From: Auanema rhodensis
Lineage: Eukaryota > Animalia > Nematoda
Direction: 5' to 3'
DNA: 64,000 nucleotides
Assembly: GCA_964057225.1 (NCBI GenBank)
Contig: OZ059898.1
Span: 7,502,001 to 7,566,000, forward strand
Both the position numbers and the translations under genes were made by a program. This document shows, piece by piece, positions 53,912-64,000 of the stretch. Within the stretch, counting starts at the first letter, position 1; every line of letters begins with the position of its first letter. The notes under the pieces are model-generated. The model was not told the origin of the DNA. It worked only from the letters and a program-made list of their open reading frames with translations, and searched no databases.

Positions 53912-56341
53912 TACCAACTCTGAATATCCTCTATAAAAATCAGCCGACAAGGAGAATATAAAATCGAACAAGAACATTGAAAAAAAGGGCAACGAGGACA
54001 ACCGTAAGTTTATGCTATAGAATAGATAATGATAAAAAATGTTAATTAAAGCATGGGAAAAGAACGTCAGAAAGTTATGTAAAACAAAAGCGCTACTAAT
54101 TTTTTTCCATTTCTTAGGAGAATAAAAAACTATTATCATTCCAATTTTCACTGATTTGGACAACTATTGTCTACGTATGACTTAAAATCGAAAATAAAGT
54201 ATAGATGATAAAAACTCTCGTTGATATAAAAAGCGTCAAAATGTAAACTAAAGAAAAGAATTAAAATAACGTGAGAAACCTACAAAAAAGAACAATCTTA
54301 TATAAGATGAGATAGAGAAGTCCGAGAACAATCCGGAACAGATAGAAAGAAGGGGTCGAAGAGCTATGCTCGATATGGAGTCAGTGGAACACAAAATGAG
54401 TAGGCATAGGATTGTTATCCTAGAGAAGAGCGCATGACAACTTTAGAAAAAAAATTATTTTAAAAGAAGATAGATGATGATGAAGAAAACTTTACTGAAA
54501 CTCACATGTAAATGGCGGAAAAAATTATAACTCCATAAAAGGGAATTATCTACTTGCATCAAGAAAGTTCTTATGTTTGGCAGCAGGCCCAAAACGAGGA
54601 CAGCCGGGCCTAATATAGAGGAACCAAGGACCAGATGGTTCGTCTATAGGTCTCATTAATCAATCAATTAGCGCAAAATACTACATCCGGTAGATCAAAA
54701 TAAAGAAATGAAGGAACACTTTTCAAGAGGAATTGGTTAAAATAAGTGTTTAGAGCGCAAAAGGTTAGAGAGCATAGCTATCGATCATACCAGAATACAG
54801 AGAATTGGATGAGCCGAAGTAACGCTCTTTGTAAACTCCCTTGATTTCATCACTGAGATGACTAAAGTAGAAGAAAACGTTAGAGAGCAGAGAGTGAAAA
54901 GAAAGAAATAGTAAAAGGTACTAGAGGTAGCGTATAGCGCCAAATTTTTGTATCATCAAGATGATCATCATCACATGTTTTAAGAAGGTTCACTTGTTTT
55001 TGATCAAATATGCCAACTAACAATATGCGCCATAGACTAAGAATCAGAGAAAATCTCAGGAATACAATGAAAGTGAAACTTACTGTAAAAATTGGAGCAA
55101 AATAATAGATGCATGTTCCAGAATCCATACTAGGAATGAAAATATTTCCCTACTAAAGAATACGGAAGTGCAACAGCTAGAAGAAGAAAGATGGAGGGAA
55201 TGAAGTGACAAAAGAACTGTCTAAGATTGTTATGTCAATGGCAGACAGAAGTCGAACGTATAAATAGGAAGAGGGAGAGAGAAGCGATTGATATGCCTGT
55301 GCTGATGGTGGCGCGAAGGCCCGTCTCAATGAATCGATGATACCAGAGAGTGTGAACGAACTAAACGCCTAAACCTTTTGCAATCTTAGAGTAAACGTCT
55401 GATGTTTGACAGAAGAATGAAAACATTGCAAAGTTGTACACCATCACGGATACAACGTGATGAGAAATTACAGCTTAAGTGAACGCCTGACGTTAACTGC
55501 GATTATTCATTGAAACACGGGATAAACAAAATTTTGCAATTTTGAATGGCTAAGGTTGTGTAGATGAGTGTTATTTTAGATTGTTGATCATGAAGCAAAC
55601 AAATATTTCAGTAAATCAACAGGTTAGAAACAATTACTGTAATGCTTTATCTATCCCTCGTTTACAGTAGCGCGAAAGATAAAAGATTTCTCAATAGCTC
55701 AACGTATTGACAAAACATTTTTTGTTTTAAAAACGGGAACATGTCTAAAACAAGTCTTATCAGTTATATCAGCATCAGATACAAGTTCACAATTTCTCGA
55801 ACTATACAAATTAGAATTAGCATAGAACGGCTTGTGAATAGTAGAAAAAAGACAAAATCTTAGTTCGATAGATAGGCAAACAAGACATGCAATATTACCG
55901 CCCACGTGGAAGAAAAACAGATACTGAACTTGAGATCTGCGAAACAATGAACCAGAAAAATATATTTTGTCCAGGTTGTGCTGCGGTAAAAGATAACAAT
56001 TGTATGAGCAGTGTCGACATGTCCAGAAAATCGTGACAATATCATTTGATTATTGATCATCAAACCATTTAAGTAGAAATTCAAAAAATTGAGAAACTGA
56101 ACGAATTATAAGATTGTTCGCCATTAATAAAAGCATAGCGAACACAGCAGAACCATATCGAAATAGAAGAGCCAGAACTCAAGAATCACATTTGTAATCG
56201 AACTGACAACGCTTGACAATAATTAGAATTTGTTTTCCTGGTTTCAACCGATTTCATGGTTGGAGAGAGATAGCAAACATGATTACATGTTAGTGATCAT
56301 TATATCTTCATGGCAACCCATTCTTTCAAACCCCAATGGGA

Positions 56342-57721
56342 TTAATTAACGTATAAATAATGTAAAATTTTTCTTTCAGCCCAAAAACAAGAAACCTGCG
56401 AAAACATAAGTAGAGAAATTTTTGCCTCAGGGTTTGTAAAAGCTTGCATAAATATAGAAAAAGGGATAAAAATAACTGACCACAGGGATATGAACCTTTT
56501 GCGCTGTATGAGGCAAAGGCATCAAAGAAGGGGTTAGATTAGGAATTTCATCTGTGCCAACCATATCATAAGATAGGCTACTAAACATTCCCTCGTTTTC
56601 TGAAAATAATTTAATTATTTTTTTCAAATGATAAAGGGATGGTGGCTGAAGAAGAACTAACGAGGTGGTAGGATTGACTGATTTTCCATAAACACCTGGC
56701 CTTGAGTTTGAAGCTCCCGCTGAAAAGTAACCAAGAGTAAAGTTCTGATAAATTGGACATACTTCGTTTGGATTACTAGAAAAGGGATAATGAGAAGGAG
56801 CGCTATTTCCTAATTCAATATCTTCTTGACAGAACTCCTGAACAGTGTCTTCTCGATTACCTTAATGATGATTGTACAATGAATAAAAAGAAAAATATAC
56901 CTTTTGTGTAACGCATGGGTTGGACTATACCACTGAGATCCGTCATTTCGATGTCACTGAAAAAATATCAAAACTATTTACATTCAGGAGCTTCTAGATT
57001 CGGACATATAAGGTAGTTAGGAAGGCATGCAAAATTATACAACATTTGCAACTTACTTATCAATATAATCGATATTCATCGTTTCGAAGTCTACTCTAAA
57101 ATGAAAAAATAAATTAATAAATTAAAAATTGTGCTTACGGTCTATTAATCCTATTTTTATAACTATCTTCGGGCGAAATTGATCGCGAACAACTATGAAG
57201 CCTTCCTCGGGAATTTCGGAAAGCTAATGCTGCTAAAATGAAGAAAAAAATATTCTTTGTTATAAAACATAATTAGATAGGCTAACAGGCATGTTACAAA
57301 CGCAAAAAACTATTTTCATCAGAAGAGAATGAAGATTTTATTAAGCCAAAATTCACAAATACTAACCTTTTTTTCTCCTTTTTTCTTGCCTTGCTTCGTC
57401 TTCGTCTCTCAAGCCTTGCTCACACACTTTCACCAAAGCATTAGGTTCCAAGTTGAGATCTCCTTTATATCCCAAATAACCCTACAAAAAAAAGTTAACA
57501 TTTTCAATATTCACATTCTCTCACTGATGAAGATCTGCAATATGATGGTTGGGACACTTTAGATAGTAATTCCTGGAAATCTCCGTCGTCGAGGCTATGA
57601 ATAATATGGTCGTGCTTTTTCTCCACTGGCTAAAATTGATATAAATTAAACTGTTAAAATTATTAAATCCTACAATGTCGTTGACACTTCGACTTTTCTT
57701 TTCTTTCTTCCAGTTCGGCAT
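56342..57721 (-). CDS. Upstream coding unit, either a 5' extension of gene X or a separate small gene. Exons: 57721-57674, 57629-57525, 57481-57367, 57232-57139, 57095-57057, 56956-56901, 56860-56763, 56719-56662, 56599-56481, then either 56395-56342(TAA) or a phase-0 splice to 52923
   Basis: Nine short exons with matching phases and one open frame (MPNWKKEKKSRSVNDIPVEKKH..GYLGYKGDLNLEPNALVKVCEQGLRDEDEARQEKRRKK..). Start codon and 3' connection are inferred. Confidence 0.65.
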
Positions 57722-58826
57722 TAACAAAATCTGATCCAAATATTTTTTAAATTCTCACTACGTATGTCCTTGATAGGAATTACAATCCTAAAAAATGTTC
57801 AAATAAACTATAAAGCTTAAAAAATAGTTCAAAACTAAAAAAAGCTGAAACTTACAGACCATCCAACTTATAACTAATCCAAAATAAAGAAAAACAAATG
57901 AAACTTTAATTAACGAATTCCGAACAAACGATTGCGTATGATATTTCTCACCAAGCAACACGTACTTCTGGAAATTAACACAGTAATCAATATTATTTTG
58001 AATTTAATTTGTAAAATACAAAAGATTATACACAGAAAAATACAAAAAAATATTGAAAACCGTTGAATAAGTGAACTAAAGAAGTGAATATGTTCGATAG
58101 AACAAAAGAAGCTAAGAACTCAGAATATTCAGCTCTTGGAACAAGTGCAAATTCAAAAAAGAGGAACGTCATATACAGCATTCTATATTAAAAATCATAC
58201 ATTTTGGAAAAGCATTAGCTTAATATATTTTGATGGCATTAAGATTCTAATGTATTGTCTGGATAGTAGATGATGGTGGTGTTGATGGTCGAAGAGCCCA
58301 GCAACCCTAGCCCTCAATAACGTAATTTATCGATTTAGCAGATAGCTACACGACAAGCTTGAGGGAGATGAAAGCCATTGTGCTTTTTTTTTATCATTTG
58401 ACTCTGTTCAGAATAGATATCCCTCTTTGTCATTCAGGATCATTCAACAGATATTCGACGAAAAGAATTATAAAATACGAGCAATAAAAAGGGTAGTTTT
58501 AAATTCTAATTCGGTCATCATCCAGCATAGCTTTTGAGAATGGAAAGCTCTTAAGACAAAAAGAAAAAAGAACAAAACTTAAAAATGAGTGAATTTTTCT
58601 GAATAAACGTAATGAGGCGCAAAGCTATTGAAGCTAGTTTATCTTTATTAATTTTATTAACATACCCAGCAACAGTAGGGGTTTAACTTCACTTCCACCA
58701 CTTGTTCATATTAATTCAGTAAACATTGATTTTTAAACGGAGAGATATGAGACTTTTTTATCAAACATCAAGCGTTCTATGCGATGTTCTAAAGTTCTAG
58801 TAATTTCATCGTCTCACAACGAACGC

Positions 58827-59088
58827 GGCTCGGATCAGCTTGAGTTAGCCAGCGACAAAATCCCTGTGGGTTTCCTAGTCATGTTTCAAAGAAGACGAAC
58901 AGACACAACGTAACTGGGACTCAGACCAATACCCTTAGCGGGTTGCTCAGAAAACCGGGTTCATTTGGAACGTGGGCGACATCCGCACCGAAAGTACAAT
59001 CGATAAGACGAGGGGACGGCCCTGCTTCATTGGTTTCGTTTGAGAGGGCTTTAGGCCTAGCGAGATAGCTGCTCTGGCTGAGCCAGCC
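58827..59088. ncRNA. Candidate structured non-coding element (about 260 nt), family unassigned
   Basis: GC-rich island with nested long-range complementarity and several local hairpins (see findings). Confidence 0.3.
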
Positions 59089-61740
59089 ATTGATTATCAT
59101 AATCTGTTTAATCGTTTGTCAGATTCATAGAGTTATTTTAACTCTGTTTCTCTGTTCACTTAGCGAAATACTCATGTGAAAAATAGTAGAATTACAAAAT
59201 GATTGCGACAAAAGTTATGTTGAAATATGCGGCGAGGATGACGAAAGAGTGCAAACTGATGAGTAATGATTAGATTCTGCAAACTAAATGGAGTTGCTCG
59301 AGCAATTTTTGAGCCTTAGTTGCTTTAGCAAAATGCATGGAACACAAGACGTGTAATTTAAAATAAAAAGTGAAAAGTTCTTTTTGTTATGCTTGAAAGA
59401 AAGTAAAATATTTGGGATTATCTTTCTAAATAACATTTGTCAAGTGAAAATATAATGAATAATAAATTGTTTCACTCACGAGAAACAATTTGAACACATC
59501 CTTTTATTAAAATTATGGAATGTAAGTAAGAATTTATTTTCAATATCTTTTGATACTAAATCAGCTTATTGATATTTAGTAATTTTATGATTCGAATAAT
59601 ATGTAGTAAACGATATAAGAAAACATAAATAGATATTTCAATGTATTAAAAAAAAATATATATATATATAATTAAAATTAGCATAAGATGTAGAAACATA
59701 CATTTATGGAAGCCCATAAGGAAGACTGTCTAACTGGGGAGTCAGAAGACAAACATTTGAGTATGTGATGACTTATCAACGACGAAAGCGATTGAATAAA
59801 AACCTTCTCTGACTAATAAAGTATGAGTAACTTAACATACGTTCCAACCAAGAAATTGAAAAACAACTTTGATTCCATTAATTTGTAAATACCTGAAAGC
59901 TTTAAGAGTATATTTTAAATAATTCTGATTGAGTATATTGCATTTTTGAAAAAATCAAGCGTAAATCTGGCATAGTTTTCTAGTTTTCTTGTAAATCTTT
60001 TTTTAATTGCGATGATTTCCTCCCCCTCCACTGTCTTATTATAACAATAAAATTATTCCCATTATATTGGGTTTGATCTTTTGAACTTATGATTTTCCTT
60101 CGAAAGAGTATATCTATCTATTAAACATGATATTCTGTTTCTTTTGCAAGGGATTTTGATAGTTTTGTTGTTGATTTCCACCTCATTATTCAATTATATG
60201 TTCTAGGTTGCTTATTGGTTGCCTCTGTCATATACTATTAAGAGCTATTAATAAGATTTTTTTGACAAAAGTGCAAAATATTATTATATGAAAGGTCACA
60301 ACAAAATTTCAGATACTTGTTGTGTTCTCATCTTAACAATTTCTCTTTTTTCCTCGAAGCATTTGTCAAAAATAGTTTTTTTTTCGTTCACAACAGTTTT
60401 ACAGATTATTTTCTTTCTTTAATTCCTTTCAACTACTATGATTTACTATGTGTGTATTTTATTCCTGTTCACATAGCGATGGTATATCCATATTCAAACA
60501 ATTAAGGTTACACCTTGCTTGTGCTACTAAATTCAGTTCTCAAAATTTTCTTAATAAAGGTCACATCTTCTTGTTGAAGTTCCTTCCCGAACTATTCATA
60601 CATCATTGAAAATTGCAAATTTTTATTCATTTTCTTCAAACTATGTCAAAGTAGATGACATTGGGGCGATATGAGAACAGTTTTGTCTGCTAATGGAATG
60701 TCATCCTCATCTAACTTCATATCAGCGTATATATCTTTCTTGGTGTTTTGATTTATCCTCATCTCAACATCTTAAGTCTAAATATTAATAATTGTTAATT
60801 CTTTCTATTTAATCATATATTATATCAGTATATTTATACTTCAATTGTTTTTGCATGTAAAGCTTTATTCATTTTATATAATATTATAACAGAGAAATAG
60901 GCTGGCAACGAGGACTACCACAATCCTTGATGGAACAGGTCTATATATCTCTCTCTCTCACTCTTTATTTCTATTTTCTCTCTTTCTCCCTTCACATCTC
61001 TGTTATTCTTTTTCATTTCTTCCAAATCTTTTTAATACGCCCTCTCTTTTCTTCATCAGTGATCTAAACAGTTTCGTTGTTTTTCTACTCTTTTCTACAC
61101 TTAAAATCCCATGCCGATTTCTTCTCAAACATTTTGCGGTATTTTCAACGCATAGTAATTGAAATGATGGGTTTTTTTCTATTTCAATTCATCGTATATA
61201 CAATTACCTTTTAAGAACTTCTAACATTCTCCGACACTTCCTACTTTTCTTCCTTTTTTCGTTTTCAATTCAAAAACAATTCAATGATGAACTTGAACTT
61301 ATGTAAACGTTTTTTTAAAGTTCAATGAAATTTCATGTACAAAGCGGATTTATTGATTTTTTCTTGTATTATCCCATACCGGTCACTACTGTGACCGAGA
61401 GAAGAAGAAAAGAGTGAGGGAGGGACACAGTCCACTTCTCCTGCCCACTTCGTTCCTCTTTTTGCTGTTAATGGTTCCGTCGATCATGGTGTACAAAATT
61501 ATATTAACTAATAATTCATTTTATTCTATATACATAGTTATTATGATATTGGTCTTTTTCTTATATACTTTATAAGACTAGTTATGTGAACTTCCTATTA
61601 TTTTTGTTTTTATTAATTTATCAAAAAAATAAAAAAATAAAAAAAATAAAAGCACTAATGTTCTATGTGTTATTATTTAAATTGAAACTTTACAAACATT
61701 TAAATCAGAATATATAAAGATAAAACTATATTATATGATC

Positions 61741-61766
61741 ATATATATATATATATATATATATAT
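61741..61766. repeat. (AT)n microsatellite
   Basis: Direct reading. Confidence 0.95.
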
Positions 61767-62539
61767 TGAATTTGTGAAATAATATTTTCATAAACTAGTA
61801 TTTTTCCTATTATTCTAATACATATGAACCATTTTCATGTATTACAAAGCTTTTCGAAACATATATCCTTTCGTCATCTTCATTTGCAGCTATTTCTTTT
61901 GAATCAAGTTCAAACATAAAATTTAGTTGTATCAAAAGATTTTCTAATAATCACGTGAATGTCATGTGAGATTTTTTTTATTGTCATTGAGTCATTTTTT
62001 GATCAAAAAAAAGTTATTTTATTCACATGTAATATAATATTTTTTTCAGCTAAACAACCAAGAGTAATCTTATTAGTTGATTGGAAAAAAATTATTATTC
62101 AATCAACTAATGTGGGATGAGCTGAGTGATATAGTGGCCAGAACGCTCACTCGATTTCCATATTTATCGATATTATGTATGTTTAATTTTAAATCTTGCA
62201 AGTAATTCCTCTTTCTTATGATCTAATATAAATCTAATTAAAACTATAAAAAAGTGGTAACTATACTAATCAACTTATAATTATATTAATTTAATGAATA
62301 GTGGATCAAAAGCACTCGTAAAGACTATTAGCCAAAAAAAATCTATAAGCTTTTAAATCACTTTGAAGGATTCAAAAATCTGCTAATGGGTTTTTTAAAT
62401 TAATTGACCAATTATGAGAAAGAAATAGAAAGTTTACCTGTCTTTTTTTGTTTTACAAATGATCAATCAATAGTATTTTCTATCATTTTTTATTTTTTGA
62501 CGAGAAAAGTAAAAAAATCTTGAAATAAAAGAAAAAAAT

Positions 62540-63240
62540 CTAGCAGGCACCTGTAATTGAAAATAAATTGGAAATAATGACGGCATAGATGACCGGTTCC
62601 GACATCAGTAATAGGTTCCAAGGCCTGATTCACATTCAACATCATGTCTTGAAGGGGGACAAGCTTTGGATATATGCCAAATGAAGCTGTTCTCGTTCTT
62701 TTTTCGATTGTAGTCTATCATCTTTTCTTTCCTTTAGGAAAATTGATTCATGATCAACACAAGAATAGTGATTTTTCTCTCGAATCAAGTACAAACCAAA
62801 TGATGTCATTATTTTCTCGTTTTCTATTCAAACATTTGGTAGTAAAGCCTGGAATGGTTTCAACTTTAATATTTTAACATTGCTACATCAATCTATTTTG
62901 GAATAATGAAAACGATTTCTCAATATTTGTGGAGAGTTTTTTCATATTTTCTTTTCTATTCATATGACGGTTTCATCTTAGTTATATTGGCAGAAATATT
63001 TCGAAATTTAATTCTATTAACTGGCATATTGTACTTTTTACTCGCCAAAGTATCAAAATGTACAATGAATGGTTGCCGTAACAAAGTAAAATAGCATTCA
63101 ATCGCTCAATGTGTTTTCTTTATGTAATCATAGATTTGTTTATAATTCTTTCAATAGTGCCATTGAGATATTTCGCTCATAAGACTAGAACGTTCTATTT
63201 GAATGGATAAGAAACAGTTCTTTGCTTCCATCTTTCTGTT
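62540..63240 (-). pseudogene. Coding-like but fragmented sequence (orphan gene or pseudogene)
   Basis: Splice-site-bounded open stretches (e.g. FTTKCLNRKRENNDIIW|KEKMIDYNRKKNENSFIWHISKACPP..), but upstream frames are interrupted by stops. Confidence 0.2.
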
Positions 63241-63312
63241 TAAAAAAATGATTCGAATGTTCTAAATCAAACTGACTCACGTTAAGCTTATGTATACTAA
63301 TCATGCCTACAC

Positions 63313-63436
63313 TTCTGACGAAAGAATATCCTGCAGTGATGGTTCACCGCAGGATAACTAGAGAACGACTGTATCGTTTGACGAGCAAAACAGCTCGTCA
63401 AACGAGTTTTACTTTTCTCTCGTTGGTCAGTCAGAA
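63313..63436 (-). other. Double-hairpin element: possible Helitron 3' terminus or small structured RNA
   Basis: Perfect 13-bp stem at 63374-63405, followed on - by 12 nt and CTAG|T. Second 13-bp stem (one G-U on -) at 63327-63356. Closing pair TTCTGAC/GTCAGAA. Confidence 0.35.
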
Positions 63437-64000
63437 AACTACAAATAGACGTCGATATTCATAAATAGAAAAGAAAGAGAAAAGCGGGAGAGAAGAGGGG
63501 GTGGTATTGAAGTTGGAATGTATGTTCAAGCAAAGAATATATTTTTATAGGTTTAAACATGTTCTATTATGCGCTTAAGATAAAATAAAAATTATATTTT
63601 TGCCAGAAAAAATACTATTTTCATAATTAAATATAAAAATTAAATATTTTTCAAATTCATTTCTCATATAAAGCCTATAGTTGCTACTGTACATTCAAGT
63701 GTTCGTGTACCTGCAACCTGTAAGTCGGTTAATCTGTGATTATATTGTTAAACTATACAATATATGAGGATTTACTATCCGAATACAATAGGAAATACTA
63801 TAACTATTTGAAAATCTTGCTTTACTATACTACATATAGATAACTAAGGTTTTTTTCTTACAGTAAGCGTCATCATATGTATATTATGCTCTTCTGGCCT
63901 CTATAATGTTCATTTCGAACAGGACATTCGTCGTTCATTTTCACCGGAAAATTCTGAAGCTGGATAGTAAGTTTTTCAAAAAAAAAAGGAGAAAAGAAAC

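Noticed and set aside
1-64000. tRNA, rRNA, SL1/SL2 RNA genes, CRISPR arrays, intact transposase or RT
   Set aside because: No diagnostic sequence seen; the AACCCAGTT at ~30516 is only a partial SL2-like word.

Overview
AT-rich eukaryotic genomic DNA from a clade V (rhabditid-type) nematode. Evidence: introns of about 40-50 nt, TTTCAG-type acceptors, and proteins that closely track C. elegans MSI-1, RFL-1/UBA-3 and RPA-1 as I recall them. Layout: (1) 1-32 kb is a microsatellite-rich region with no confidently assignable gene, carrying GC/CT-rich regulatory islands and five perfect CRE palindromes; (2) musashi (msi-1) lies on + at about 32-41 kb with a long 3'UTR; (3) a compact minus-strand cluster holds uba-3/rfl-1, rpa-1 and a multi-exon uncharacterised gene (48.3-57.7 kb, every splice phase consistent by hand); (4) the 58-64 kb tail is non-coding or degenerate and has two structured GC-rich elements. 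Best leads: a candidate msi-1 autoregulatory module (GUAG clusters, a proximal polyA signal, alternative last exon and a 54-nt cassette exon); CRE enrichment upstream of msi-1; paired E2F sites ahead of a probable rpa-1/uba-3 operon; an uncharacterised protein with FFAT-like motifs and a duplicated GYxG motif; frequent AAG 3' splice sites; and two unannotated structured elements at about 58.8-59.1 kb and 63.3-63.4 kb. All gene models were spliced by hand; no searches or folding programs were run.
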